In this document: piece after piece, positions 32,384-42,472 of the stretch
How positions within the stretch are numbered: the stretch's first letter is position 1
How the letters are laid out: each line of letters opens with the position of its first letter
Origin: an uncultured delta proteobacterium
Lineage (GTDB): Bacteria > Myxococcota > Myxococcia > Myxococcales > Myxococcaceae
Direction of reading: 5' to 3'
NCBI GenBank assembly: GCA_963796055.1
Contig: CAWCKH010000004.1
Coordinates: 1,856,001 to 1,920,000 of the forward strand
Length of the DNA: 64,000 nt
Made by a program: the position numbers and the translations under genes
Notes under the pieces: generated by a model
Database searches by the model: none
Seen by the model: the letters and a program-made list of their open reading frames with translations, nothing else
Told to the model about the DNA's origin: nothing

Positions 32384-33339
32384 GACGTCGCCGTCCTTTC
32401 CTGAAGCGTCCGCCGCCGCCCGTTGGCCACCAGTGACGCGAGGATCGCGCCGCCGATCAAGATCCCTATCACCGCCAGCGATACGCCCACCGGGATCTTG
32501 AAGATGTCCACGATGGCCATCTTGACCCCGACGAAGACCAGCACCAAGGCCAGCCCCAGCTTCAAATAACCGAACTTCTGCACCACGCCAGCCAGGAGGA
32601 AGTACAGGGACCGGAGCCCCAGGATGGCGAAGATGTTGGAGGTGAAGACGATGAAGGGGTCCGTGCTCACCGCCAGGACCGCCGGGATCGAGTCCACCGC
32701 GAAGATGAGGTCGGTGAACTCCACCGCCAGCAGGGCCAGGAACAGCGGGGTGACCATCCTCCTTCCCTCGACCCGGGTGAAGAAGTGCTCGGTGTCCTGG
32801 ATGGGCGACACCGGCAGCACCCGGCGCGCCAGGCGGACCAGCACGTTGTTCTCCGGGTGCCCCTGCTCCCCGCGGGAGAGCAGCATCTTCACCCCGGTGA
32901 TCACCAGGAAGACCCCGAAGACGTAGATCGTCCAGTGGAAGCGGGCGATCAGCGCGGTGCCGGCGAGGATGAACGCCGCCCGCATCGCCAGTGCGCCGAG
33001 GATGCCCCAGAACAGCACCCGATGCTGCTGGTGCGCCGGGACGCCGAACGCGCCGAAGAGGATGACCATGACGAAGATGTTGTCGACGCTCAGCGCCTTC
33101 TCCAGCAGGTACCCGGTGGTGAACTCGAGGCCCCGCTGGGCGCCGTAGAAGTGGAAGACGCCCAGGGCGAACAACGCCGACAGCGCGATCCACACCCCGC
33201 TCCACGCCGCCGCCTCGCGCAGCGAGACCACGTGCGCCTTCCGGTGGAACACCCCCAGATCCAGGGCCAGCATCAGGCCCACGAAGGCCAGGAAGCCCAC
33301 CCACAGTGGCCAGCTTCCCAGCGAGACGGCGGACAGCAT
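32380..33339 (-). CDS. TerC/Alx family membrane protein
   Basis: LALDLGVFH, GYLLEKALSVDNIFV, DLIFAVDSIPA, TSNIFAILGLRSLYF. Confidence 0.95.
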   Translation of the reverse strand: MLSAVSLGSWPLWVGFLAFVGLMLALDLGVFHRKAHVVSLREAAAWSGVWIALSALFALGVFHFYGAQRGLEFTTGYLLEKALSVDNIFVMVILFGAFGVPAHQQHRVLFWGILGALAMRAAFILAGTALIARFHWTIYVFGVFLVITGVKMLLSRGEQGHPENNVLVRLARRVLPVSPIQDTEHFFTRVEGRRMVTPLFLALLAVEFTDLIFAVDSIPAVLAVSTDPFIVFTSNIFAILGLRSLYFLLAGVVQKFGYLKLGLALVLVFVGVKMAIVDIFKIPVGVSLAVIGILIGGAILASLVANGRRRTLQERTATS

Positions 33340-33416
33340 CGGACAGGCTCCTCCCGGGCGGTCCCGGCGTTCACCGGGGGGGCAGCCGGTCCGTTCGATG
33401 TGCGGCAGGAAGAACC

Positions 33417-33462
33417 TTCGGACAACCAGATAATTCAGGTAGGATGTATCGGTTTAGCCGAT
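33417..33462. promoter_or_regulatory. Tandem LysR-type T-N11-A boxes upstream of terC
   Basis: ATCGGTTTAGCCGAT (33448..33462, dyad) and TTCGGACAACCAGAT (33417..33431) in a locally AT-rich patch. Confidence 0.55.
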
Positions 33463-33755
33463 GGATGGCGAGGATGCCGGGCCCGCTCCCGCTGGCGCCG
33501 GGCGATGAGCCGCCGGAGCGAGGTCCGCATCCCGTGGCGGCGCATGAAGCGCTCCAGGCGCACCAGGGCCCCCCGCGCCCAGCGCACCTCCCGGCTGAGC
33601 ACCAGCAACCCGGTGCCCACCACCAGCCACCCCGGCCCGGGGAGGGGAATCAGGATGAAGCCGGCCACGACCAGCGCCCAGCCACCCACGAGGTTGGCCA
33701 GGCGCCGCAGCCGCGGAGCTCCTGGGTCACCAGCGGGCGTCGAGGGTCGCATCAC
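33435..33755 (-). CDS. PGPGW-domain small membrane protein
   Basis: ILIPLPGPGWLVVGTGLLVLSREVRWA. Confidence 0.8.
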   Translation of the reverse strand: MMRPSTPAGDPGAPRLRRLANLVGGWALVVAGFILIPLPGPGWLVVGTGLLVLSREVRWARGALVRLERFMRRHGMRTSLRRLIARRQRERARHPRHPSAKPIHPT

Positions 33756-33892
33756 GGGCTCTCACCGGCCAGCCGCCGGCCTGCCCGCCCATCGTGCGGA
33801 GGCGCCGGATGCGCTCGCGCATCGAGGGGTGGGTGGAGGATGCCCGGGAGCAGAACGGTCTGGAGCTGGTTCATGATGAAGGGCCACCGGTG

Positions 33893-34810
33893 ATGGACTG
33901 GCTCAACTACCACCACCTCTTCTACTTCTGGACCGTGGTCCGCGAGGGCGGTGTCTCGAAGGCGAGCAAGGTGCTGCGGCTCGCGCAGCCCACGGTCAGC
34001 GGGCAGATCAAGGCGCTGGAGAACGCCTTCGGCGAGAAGCTGTTCGAGCGCCAGGGCCGCTCCCTGGTGCTGACCGACGTGGGGCAGGTGGTCTTCCGCT
34101 ACGCCGACGAGATCTTCAGTCTCGGGCGCGAGCTGCAGGACACGCTGCGTGGCCGGCCGGTGGCCCGGCCCCGTCGGCTGGTGGTCGGCGTGTCCGACTC
34201 GGTGGAGAAGCGCGTGGCGCACCGGCTGCTCGCGCCGGCGCTCGAGGCCGAGGCGCCGGTGCAGCTGGTGGTCCAGGAGGCCCGGCCCGAGCGGCTGGTG
34301 GCCGAGCTCGCCGCCCACAGCCTCGACCTGGTCCTCTCCGACGCCCCGGCGCCCTCGCCGGTGCGGGCCTACAGCCACCTCCTGGGCGAGTGCGGCGTGG
34401 GACTGTTCGCCCGTCCGGCGCTGGCCCGGAGGCTCGCGCCCGGGTTCCCGAAGTCGATGGACGGCGCCCCGCTGCTGACCGCGGCCGACGGGGCGCCGCT
34501 GCAGCGCTCTCTGTCCCACTGGTTCGACTCCCGGGGGATCCGTCCACGGGTGGTGGGCGAGTTCCAGGACAGCGCGCTGATGGAATCGTTCGGCGAGGCG
34601 GGCGCCGGCGTCTTCCCCGCGCCCGAGGCGGTGGAGGCCGAGGTGCGTGCCGCGTTCGGGGTGGAGCGGGTGGGAACGCTCGATGGCGTGCGCGAGCGCT
34701 ACTGGGCGCTGACGGTGGAGCGGAAGCTGAAGCATCCGGCGGTGGTCGCCATCACCGAGACGGCGCGCGCCGAGCTGTTCGGGCGTCCACCGTCCCGCAC
34801 TGCCAGCTGA
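33893..34810 (+). CDS. nhaR: NhaR-like LysR family transcriptional activator
   Basis: MDWLNYHHLFYFWTVVREG, QPTVSGQI, YADEIFSLGREL, GEFQDSALM, ERKLKHPAV. Confidence 0.88.
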   Translation: MDWLNYHHLFYFWTVVREGGVSKASKVLRLAQPTVSGQIKALENAFGEKLFERQGRSLVLTDVGQVVFRYADEIFSLGRELQDTLRGRPVARPRRLVVGVSDSVEKRVAHRLLAPALEAEAPVQLVVQEARPERLVAELAAHSLDLVLSDAPAPSPVRAYSHLLGECGVGLFARPALARRLAPGFPKSMDGAPLLTAADGAPLQRSLSHWFDSRGIRPRVVGEFQDSALMESFGEAGAGVFPAPEAVEAEVRAAFGVERVGTLDGVRERYWALTVERKLKHPAVVAITETARAELFGRPPSRTAS

Positions 34811-34819
34811 TACCCGGGG

Positions 34820-36046
34820 TCAGCGACGGGAGCGTGCCCCGATGGCGTCGGTCATCAGGAGCCCGAAGACGATGCCCGCGGCGGTGAGGACCATCTGCAG
34901 CCCGGTCTCGATGCTCGTCGCCACGTCCCGGTCCACCAGCTCGAGCAAGCTCCGGTAGCCCACGCTTCCCGGCACCAGCACCAGCACGCCGGGGATGGTG
35001 ACCAGCCACACCGGCCGGCTACGGAACCAGGCGTTGAGGTGCGCAGCGATGCCGATCACCACCGCGCCCACGAAGGCCCCCAGCGCCGGGCCGAGGTTGC
35101 GGGAGACCGCGTGGCTCACCGCCGCCGCGAGCAGGGCCGAGCCCACCACCGTGGGCGCCTCGCGCCGGGGCGCGCGAAGCACCACCACCACTGCCAGCCC
35201 GAGCGCGGCCGCCCCGACGAGGAACGACCACGCGGGGAGCTCGACCGGCGGGACCCGCGCCGGGCCGAAGGCGCGCGCCCCGAGCGAACCGCCGAGCAGG
35301 GCGCCGATGACCAGCGCCAGGAAGCTCACCCCCGCCGCGCCGATCCCCGCCAGGCCGGAGAGGAGATTCCGGGTCTGCAGCTCGCGGACCGCCTGGGTCA
35401 GGGTGAAGCCGGGGAGGAGGATGATGATGGCCCCCAGCGTGGCCACGCGCGGATCCAGTGGCCAGATCCGTGCGGACGCGGTCTGGGCGATGAATCCGGC
35501 GAGGAACGCCGAGACCAGCTCGGCGGCGAGGTCCAGCTCGCGGATCCGGCTGCGCGCCACGGCGATGGCCCCCACTGCGAGCCCGGCCACTGCCGCGGTG
35601 AGCGCCTCGGGGGCGTCCTCCTCGAAGAGCAGCACCGCCCCCGCGGCGGCGAGGCAGTAGGCGAAGAGGACGAGCGGCGCCCGGTAGGGAGGCTGGGAGC
35701 GGGCGATGGCGTCGATCCGGACGCTCGCCTCGCGCGGGCCGATGCGCCCCGTCTTCACCTCGCGGGCCACGGCGTCGAGCCGGACGATGCGGTCCAGGTC
35801 CACGGGCATCGGCGTGACCCGGAGCAGCACCAGCCGTTGCTGGCCCGGGATGCCGATGGCGAGCTGGAGCTGGGTGGGGAGGCTCGACACCTGGACGTCG
35901 GCCATCCCCAGCTGCGCCGCGAGCTCGCTCACCAGCCGCTCGGTATCCTCGGCGCCGTATCCGCAGGCCTGCGCGCCGCGTGCGGCGGAGAGCAGGAGCG
36001 CCAGGGCCGAGTCGGCGTCCTCGGCCACCGGAGAGGCGGCGAGCAC
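34820..36046 (-). CDS. Threonine/serine exporter (ThrE) family protein
   Basis: SSLPTQL, VDLDRIVRLDAV, ILLPGFTLTQAVREL, LVPGSVGYRS; many TM helices; start inferred. Confidence 0.85.
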   Translation of the reverse strand: MLAASPVAEDADSALALLLSAARGAQACGYGAEDTERLVSELAAQLGMADVQVSSLPTQLQLAIGIPGQQRLVLLRVTPMPVDLDRIVRLDAVAREVKTGRIGPREASVRIDAIARSQPPYRAPLVLFAYCLAAAGAVLLFEEDAPEALTAAVAGLAVGAIAVARSRIRELDLAAELVSAFLAGFIAQTASARIWPLDPRVATLGAIIILLPGFTLTQAVRELQTRNLLSGLAGIGAAGVSFLALVIGALLGGSLGARAFGPARVPPVELPAWSFLVGAAALGLAVVVVLRAPRREAPTVVGSALLAAAVSHAVSRNLGPALGAFVGAVVIGIAAHLNAWFRSRPVWLVTIPGVLVLVPGSVGYRSLLELVDRDVATSIETGLQMVLTAAGIVFGLLMTDAIGARSRR

Positions 36047-36048
36047 CC

Positions 36049-37116
36049 CTATCCCCCGCGGGTGTGCATCTCGAGCCGCGGGTCCTGCCGGAGCTCGGGG
36101 GCAGCGGCGAGCGCGCCCCGCTGCTCGACTGCCAGGCGCTCCTCGGCCCCGCGGTCGGTGCGGGCGCGCCATCCGACCCTGAGGAGGGAGGCGATCTCCG
36201 CGTCGCTGGCCCCGCTGCGGAGCGCCGCCCGGAGGTTGGCGCCCGAGCGGGCGTAGAGGCAGGTGTACCAGGTGCCGTCGGCGGTGAGCCGGCTGCGGTC
36301 GCAGGAACGGCAGAAGGGGGTGGTGGTGGAGGCGATGATCCCGAACACCGTGCCATCGCCGAGGCGGAAGCGCTCTGCCGGGTCCGAGCCCTGCGCACCC
36401 ACCGGCTCGACCGGGCCCTGCCCCGCGGCGATCAGGGCCAGGAGCTCCGCCCGGGACACCACCTGCTCGCGGGTCCACCGCGTCGCGCCGCCCACGTCCA
36501 TGTACTCGATGAAGCGGATCTCGGCCCCGATGCTCCGGGCGAAAGCCAGCAGATCCAGCACCTCGTCGTCGTTCGTGCCCCGCACCACCACGGTGTCGAG
36601 CTTGAGCGGGAAGCCCTCGGCCCGTGCCGCCTCGATGCCGGCCAGCACCCGGGCGTGGAGGTGGGCGCGGGTCAGGGCCTGGAAGCGCTCGGGGCGGAGC
36701 GTGTCCAGGCTGACCGTGAGCCGCCGGAGGCCGGCCTCCCGGAGCTCGCGCGCGCGCTCGGCGAGCAGCACGCCGTTGGTGGTCATCGCCAGGTCCAGGA
36801 TGCCGGGGCGTGCGGCGAGCTCGCGGACCAGGGTGGTGATCTCCGAGCGGAGCAGCGGCTCGCCCCCGGTCAGCCGCACCTTGTCCACCCCCAGGGTGCA
36901 GAAGATGCCGGTGATCCGGTCCAGCTCCTCGAAGGTCAACAGCTCCTTCTTCGGGAGCCAGACGTAATCCGGCTCGGGCATGCAGTAGGCGCACCGGAGG
37001 TTGCACCGGTCGGTGACGCTCAGCCGCAGGCTCCTGAGCGGGCGGCCCAGTGCGTCGCGGAGGCGGTCGGTCGAGGTCGTGGGTCCGGCAGCAGTCACGG
37101 CAGGAACGTCAGGCAT
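36049..37116 (-). CDS. moaA: GTP 3',8-cyclase MoaA
   Basis: LRLSVTDRCNLRCAYCMP, TGGEP, FCRSCDRSRLT, C-terminal GG. Confidence 0.96.
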   Translation of the reverse strand: MPDVPAVTAAGPTTSTDRLRDALGRPLRSLRLSVTDRCNLRCAYCMPEPDYVWLPKKELLTFEELDRITGIFCTLGVDKVRLTGGEPLLRSEITTLVRELAARPGILDLAMTTNGVLLAERARELREAGLRRLTVSLDTLRPERFQALTRAHLHARVLAGIEAARAEGFPLKLDTVVVRGTNDDEVLDLLAFARSIGAEIRFIEYMDVGGATRWTREQVVSRAELLALIAAGQGPVEPVGAQGSDPAERFRLGDGTVFGIIASTTTPFCRSCDRSRLTADGTWYTCLYARSGANLRAALRSGASDAEIASLLRVGWRARTDRGAEERLAVEQRGALAAAPELRQDPRLEMHTRGG

Positions 37117-37164
37117 AAGCCAGGAGCGCCGCCCGCGCCAGGGTACGCTCCCGGGGCACCCTGA

Positions 37165-38178
37165 TCACATGGTGAGGACGACCCGGAACTCCGCTTTCCC
37201 GCTCATCATGCGCGCGTACGCCTCGGTGGCCTTCTCCAGCGGGTACTTTTCGATCATCGGACGGACGCCGGTCATTTCAGCGAAGCACAAGGTGTCCTCC
37301 GAGTCGGTCGGGATGCCCGAATACCACCCCTGGATGCGCTTCCTGCCGAAGACCAATTGCGCGGAAGACACCTCGATCGGGTCTGCCGGGACTCCCACCA
37401 CCACGAGAGTGCCGTTTGCTCCCAACCCGCCAACCACTGACGACATCGCCTTTCCGCTCGGCGCGGTCGCAAGAATCACTCGCGCGCCGCCGAGCTTCTG
37501 CAGCTCGCCTGCGGGATCTGTTTCAGCACTGTCGATATAGAGATCTGCTCCAAGCTTTCTCGCGAGCGCAGCGTTGCCAGGTCCACGGCCGATTGCCGCG
37601 ACGCGATACCCGAATTTCTTCGCGAACTGCACTCCCAGGTGTCCGAGCCCTCCAATTCCCTGGACGGCGACGAGCTCGCTCGGCATCGCACCGCTGTGCC
37701 GGAGCGCATTGAACGTCGTGATTCCGGCGCACATCAGCGGCGCGGCTTCGGCGGCGTCCAGCGACCCGGGCATCCGGGCCAGAGCTTCCACCGGTGCGAC
37801 CATGAATTGCTGATAACCACCGTCATAGGTGATTCCGCAGACGATGCTGCTCACGCAATTGGCGAAATCGCCTCGTCTGCACTGAGGGCACGTTCCGTCC
37901 TGGCCACCATGCCAGCCAACACCAACCCGGTCTCCTTTCGCCCAGCCCGTCACCCCTCCTCCGAGCGCATCGATCACGCCCGCGACTTCGTGTCCGGGCA
38001 CGCGCGGATAGGAGATTCCTGGAACGAGGCCTTCCTTGGTGACCACGTCGCTGTGGCAGACGCCACAGGCTTGAACGCGAATCCGCACCTGCCCCGTCTG
38101 GGGCTCCGGGATTTCACGATCGACCACCTCGAAGTTCGCCCCCGGCTTAGGTACCTGCACCGCCTTCATTCTCGCCAT
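37165..38178 (-). CDS. Zn-dependent alcohol dehydrogenase (AdhP-like)
   Basis: CGVCHSD, GHE, APLMCAGITTFN, GIGGLGH, FRVVL. Confidence 0.95.
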   Translation of the reverse strand: MARMKAVQVPKPGANFEVVDREIPEPQTGQVRIRVQACGVCHSDVVTKEGLVPGISYPRVPGHEVAGVIDALGGGVTGWAKGDRVGVGWHGGQDGTCPQCRRGDFANCVSSIVCGITYDGGYQQFMVAPVEALARMPGSLDAAEAAPLMCAGITTFNALRHSGAMPSELVAVQGIGGLGHLGVQFAKKFGYRVAAIGRGPGNAALARKLGADLYIDSAETDPAGELQKLGGARVILATAPSGKAMSSVVGGLGANGTLVVVGVPADPIEVSSAQLVFGRKRIQGWYSGIPTDSEDTLCFAEMTGVRPMIEKYPLEKATEAYARMMSGKAEFRVVLTM

Positions 38179-38270
38179 GGTCGCTTCCCTCTTCAGACAG
38201 GCCCACGAGACTGCCTAGCGCGCTGGTTGGCAGCCGATGCCAGTCGTGCGCGGGGCAGGTACGCCGGCGT

Positions 38271-38843
38271 TCAGTAAGCGACGAGGGACGGCGACATCTC
38301 CGCTGGCTCACCGCGAGCGCGCGCCGCGGCGAGGTCCTCGAGCAGGGTTCCCCCGTCGCCAGGGGTGGGCCTGGAGAAGACGATCGCCCGGTACTCGCCC
38401 GGGGTGTCGACCGGCACCGCGAGAGTGACGCCCTGCGCGCCGCGGGTGCACGCCGGCGAACCGGGACAGCGGTGCACCACTCCCAGCGCGTTCCGGTACA
38501 CCCGCAGCTCGGCGCCCTCGAAGCGCAGGCGCCACAGGGTGTGAACCGGCGCGCTCCCGTCCGGCCGGAGGGTGCCCTCCACCGCCGCGGTGACCCGGAC
38601 CGGGAGGGGCCGGTCCGGGGCATGCCGCGTGGCGACCAGCGCTCCCACGGCGGCGACCACCGCGGCCAGGGCCAAGGCTCCCAGGCGACGGTTGCGCTGG
38701 CTGTGCTGGATGCGGACCCAGACCCCGCTCTCCCAGCCGGGCGTGGGGGTGTTGCGCCGCCGGTCCTGCGGGCCGTGTCCGGAGAGATGGGCCACCGCCT
38801 CGCGAGGCGACGGTGCTTCCGGTGCGACCACCCCCGCCGTCAC
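38271..38843 (-). CDS. Hypothetical single-pass membrane protein
   Basis: Central TM helix [25 protein letters not shown]...HRCPGSPAC; start uncertain. Confidence 0.5.
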   Translation of the reverse strand: MTAGVVAPEAPSPREAVAHLSGHGPQDRRRNTPTPGWESGVWVRIQHSQRNRRLGALALAAVVAAVGALVATRHAPDRPLPVRVTAAVEGTLRPDGSAPVHTLWRLRFEGAELRVYRNALGVVHRCPGSPACTRGAQGVTLAVPVDTPGEYRAIVFSRPTPGDGGTLLEDLAAARARGEPAEMSPSLVAY

Positions 38844-39048
38844 GGTGTGGTGTCGGGCAGCGGACCGTCGTCTTCAGGTTGGCCCGGGACGTCGCCGGCT
38901 CCAATCGGCGGCCATCCCGGAGGGCGCGCGCAGCCCCGCGACTCTGCGCAGCGTCCGGGGGGCGACCGGCCGCCCTAGAGATCTCGGGCGGCCGGTCGCG
39001 CCGTTTTTTCGCTGCACGCCGCCGTCGGCACGGACATTGTGCCCGGTC

Positions 39049-40065
39049 ATGGAACAGCGACCGCTGGGGAAGTCTGGGCTGAACGTCTCCCGCATGGGCC
39101 TCGGCTGCATGGGGATGTCGGAGTTCTACGGACCGGCTGACGAGACCGAGTCCCGCGCCACCCTGGAGCTGGCAGTGGATCGAGGCGTCAGCTTCGTCGA
39201 CACCGCCGACTTCTACGGCGCGGGCAAGAACGAGGAGCTGCTCTCGGACATCCTGCGTCGGAGGCGGCAGGAGATCGTCCTCGCCACCAAGTTCGGGATC
39301 GTCCGGGATCCGGCCGCGCCGAACGACGCCACGCGCCGGAAGCTCAACGGCAAGCCGGACTACGTCCGGAGCGCCTGCGAGGCGAGCCTGCGCCGGCTGA
39401 AGGTCGAGGTGATCGACCTCTACTACCTGCACCGGGTGGACCCCTCGACGCCCATCGAGGAGACGGTGGGGGCCATGGCCCAGCTGGTGAAGGAGGGGAA
39501 GGTCCGGGCGCTGGGGCTGTCCGAGGCGCCGGCGGACGTCATCCGGCGTGCGGCCGCGGTGCACCCCATCGCCGCCCTGCAGAGCGAGTACTCGCTGTGG
39601 ACCCGCGACCCCGAGGACGGACCACTCCAGGCCTGCCGCGCGCTCGGCATCACCCTGGTGCCTTACAGCCCGCTGGGCCGCGGCTTCCTCACCGGGCAGA
39701 TCCGCACTCCTGCGGACTTCGGCGAGGACGACTTCCGGCGGAACAGCCCGCGCTTCCAGGGCGAGAACTTCGAGAAGAACCTGACCCTGGTGGAGAAGGT
39801 GGGCGCGCTGGCGCGGCAGAAGGGCTGCACGCCCGGACAGCTCGCGCTGGCGTGGGTGATGGCCCAGGGCGACGACGTGGTGCCGATTCCGGGGACCAAG
39901 CGGCGCAAGTACCTCGAGGAGAACCTGGGCGCGCTCGAGGTCCGGCTCACCGCGGGGGACCTGTCTGGCATCGAGGCGGTGTTCCCCAGGAGCGCCGTGT
40001 CGGGTGGCCGGTACGCCCCGGGCACGGTGGGTACTCAGCCCCTGGCGCAGCCACGGCCAACCTGA
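39049..40065 (+). CDS. Aldo/keto reductase
   Basis: [45 protein letters not shown]. Confidence 0.95.
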   Translation: MEQRPLGKSGLNVSRMGLGCMGMSEFYGPADETESRATLELAVDRGVSFVDTADFYGAGKNEELLSDILRRRRQEIVLATKFGIVRDPAAPNDATRRKLNGKPDYVRSACEASLRRLKVEVIDLYYLHRVDPSTPIEETVGAMAQLVKEGKVRALGLSEAPADVIRRAAAVHPIAALQSEYSLWTRDPEDGPLQACRALGITLVPYSPLGRGFLTGQIRTPADFGEDDFRRNSPRFQGENFEKNLTLVEKVGALARQKGCTPGQLALAWVMAQGDDVVPIPGTKRRKYLEENLGALEVRLTAGDLSGIEAVFPRSAVSGGRYAPGTVGTQPLAQPRPT

Positions 40066-40143
40066 GGCAGCTGCCAGCCATGCCTTGACCGCGCGGCCCC
40101 GGTGGCGTCGAGTTCGCGCTTCCGAGACACAGAGGAGGGTGCC

Positions 40144-40524
40144 GTGCTCGCCGATGCTCCGATGACGACGATTCTCCCGGTGGTGGATCTGGCCCGCGCC
40201 CGCGCGTTCTACGAGCAGAAGCTGGGGCTGAGCCGCGGCCGGGCCAAGCCCGATGGGAAGTACGAATACCCGGTGGGAAGCGGCGCGCTGGCGCTCTTCC
40301 AGCGCGGTGCCCCCACCCGGGCGGACCACACCGCGGTGAGCTTCGCGGTGCGCGACATCGGCGCGGCCATTCGCGAGCTCGAGTCCCGCGGGGTGGTGTT
40401 CCACGACTACGACCTGCCCGGTCTGAAGACGGTGGAGCACGTGTGCGTGCTCGGCTCGGAGAAGGCGGCGTGGTTCAGCGATCCCGAGGGCAACATCCTC
40501 TGCCTGCACGAGGACCTGGCCTGA
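40144..40524 (+). CDS. VOC family protein
   Basis: [41 protein letters not shown] before GTG. Confidence 0.88.
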   Translation: MLADAPMTTILPVVDLARARAFYEQKLGLSRGRAKPDGKYEYPVGSGALALFQRGAPTRADHTAVSFAVRDIGAAIRELESRGVVFHDYDLPGLKTVEHVCVLGSEKAAWFSDPEGNILCLHEDLA

Positions 40525-41316
40525 ATGTCCGACGAGAACTGGGTGCTGACCACCCCGGCGCCTCCCGGCGTCCGTGAGGCGTACGGGCTGGCGCCCTCCC
40601 AGCACCTCTGGATCCGCCGGCCGCCGGGGAGCGGGCGGCTCCGGACCCTGGTGATGATCCACGGCGGATACTGGCGCGCGGCCTACGACGCAGCGCACGT
40701 GGGTCATCTCTGCGCCGACCTGGCGCGGCGCGGCTGGGCGACGGTGGCGCTCGAGTACCGCCGCATCGGGGAGCCGGGCGGAGCCTGGCCGGGGACGCTG
40801 GCCGACGTGAGCGCGGCCCTCGAGGCGCTGCCCGGGCTGGCCTCGAAGCATGGCCTGGATCCCGCCCGCTCCGTGTGGATGGGCCACTCCGCGGGCGGGC
40901 ACCTGGCGCTCTGGGCGGTGACGCGATCCAGCGCGCCCGGGTCGCTGAAGCGGCCGTCGTGGCGTCCGCGGCGGGTGGTCGGGCTCGCGCCGGTGTCGGA
41001 CCTGGTCGAGGCGGACACGCTGGCGCTGAGCGGGCACGTGACCCTCGAGCTGCTCGGTGGCACTGCCCGCGAGCAGCCCGCCCGCTACGCCGACGGCTCG
41101 CCCGCGGCGCACCTTCCGCTCGGGGTGCCGGTGGTGGTCGTCCACGGGACCAAGGACAACGTGGTCCCCCTGGCGATGAACCGGAGCTTCGTCGAGCGGG
41201 CGCGGAAGGCCGGGGACGACATCCGGCTGGTGATGCCGGAAGATGCGGACCACTTCGACGTCATCGACCCCACCTCGAAGGCGTGGGGGCAGGTGCTCGA
41301 GGCGCTCGGCCCCTAG
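40525..41316 (+). CDS. Alpha/beta hydrolase (HGGxW/GHSAG type)
   Basis: [32 protein letters not shown]. Confidence 0.9.
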   Translation: MSDENWVLTTPAPPGVREAYGLAPSQHLWIRRPPGSGRLRTLVMIHGGYWRAAYDAAHVGHLCADLARRGWATVALEYRRIGEPGGAWPGTLADVSAALEALPGLASKHGLDPARSVWMGHSAGGHLALWAVTRSSAPGSLKRPSWRPRRVVGLAPVSDLVEADTLALSGHVTLELLGGTAREQPARYADGSPAAHLPLGVPVVVVHGTKDNVVPLAMNRSFVERARKAGDDIRLVMPEDADHFDVIDPTSKAWGQVLEALGP

Positions 41317-41339
41317 CAAACCGTCGAAGAGGAAAGCCC

Positions 41340-41669
41340 ATGCGCCTGAGTGGAATTCCCTTCGGGGTGACGGACTGGTCCAAGGTCGAGCCTACCGAGC
41401 GCCCCGGTGACGCCGGGGTCGCGGTCTGGCGGACGCGGCACTTCGGCGACGTCCGCGTCCGGATGGTGGAGTACTCGCCCGGGTATGTGGCCGACCACTG
41501 GTGCGAGAAGGGGCACATCCTGCTCTGCCTCACGGGCGAGCTGAACACCGAGCTGGAGGACGGGCGGCGGTTCACGCTGAAGCCCGGGACGAGCTACCAG
41601 GTCGCGGACGGAGCGGAGCGACACCGGTCCTCCACCTCGTCCGGCGCGACGCTGTTCATCGTCGACTGA
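41340..41669 (+). CDS. DHCW-motif cupin fold protein
   Basis: [30 protein letters not shown]. Confidence 0.88.
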   Translation: MRLSGIPFGVTDWSKVEPTERPGDAGVAVWRTRHFGDVRVRMVEYSPGYVADHWCEKGHILLCLTGELNTELEDGRRFTLKPGTSYQVADGAERHRSSTSSGATLFIVD

Positions 41670-41734
41670 CGCCCGAGATGGAAAAGCCGCACGGCGCATC
41701 GTGCAGGGCCCCCTGAAGACCAGCACCGAGACGC

Positions 41735-42472
41735 TCACAGTCCCCGGATGAACCCACCGTCCACGGCGATGGCCTGCCCGGTCACGTACCCGGCCTGCTC
41801 CGAGGCCAGGAAGGCCGCCACCGCGCCCAGCTCCTCGGGTCGTCCGAGCCGCCGGGCGGGGATGTGCGCGGCGAGCGTCTCCTCCGGGATGCCCAGCTCG
41901 GCGATGCGGTCGGTGGACGTGTAGCCCGGGAGCAGCGCGTTCACCGTCACCCCATCCTCGGCCACCTCGGGCGCCAGCGATTTCACCAGCCCCAGGAGGC
42001 CGGCGCGCAGGCCGCTGGACACCGTCAGCTCCGGGATGGGCTCCTTGGCCGCGGTCGAGGTGATGAGCAGCACGCGCCCCCACCGACGCTCCTGCATGGC
42101 GGGCAGCGCCGCGCGGATGGCGTCCACTGCGCTCATCCACAGGGACTGGAAGCCCACCTGCCACATCTCCTCGGTGATGTCGGCGAACCGCCCCTTCGGG
42201 GGCCCCCCGGTGTTGGTCACCAGGATGTCCAGACCGCCCAGCCGCTTGGTCGCAGTCTCCACCAGGGTGATCGCCGCGCCCGGGACGCGGAGGTCGCAGG
42301 GCAGCCCCGCCTGTGCGCCCAGCTCGCGCGCGGCGGCCTCGACCCGCGGCTTGTTCCGCGCGCAGATGGCCACCCGCGCCCCCTCCGCCACCAGCGCCGC
42401 GGCCACCGCCCGCCCGAGCCCCGAGGAGCCCCCGAGCACCAGTGCCCGTCGATCACGCAGTCCCAGGTCCAT
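41735..42472 (-). CDS. Short-chain dehydrogenase/reductase
   Basis: GGSSGLG, NTGGPP, VNALLPG, VTGQAIAVDGG; last gene of the kynurenine operon. Confidence 0.92.
   Translation of the reverse strand: MDLGLRDRRALVLGGSSGLGRAVAAALVAEGARVAICARNKPRVEAAARELGAQAGLPCDLRVPGAAITLVETATKRLGGLDILVTNTGGPPKGRFADITEEMWQVGFQSLWMSAVDAIRAALPAMQERRWGRVLLITSTAAKEPIPELTVSSGLRAGLLGLVKSLAPEVAEDGVTVNALLPGYTSTDRIAELGIPEETLAAHIPARRLGRPEELGAVAAFLASEQAGYVTGQAIAVDGGFIRGL

Noticed and set aside
33340..33435. yybP-ykoY riboswitch upstream of terC
   Set aside because: Conserved core not recognisable; LysR boxes explain the region better
37366..37374. AGACACCTC half-site inside adh
   Set aside because: Half-site within a CDS, compatible with chance; this also weakens the 15074 half copy
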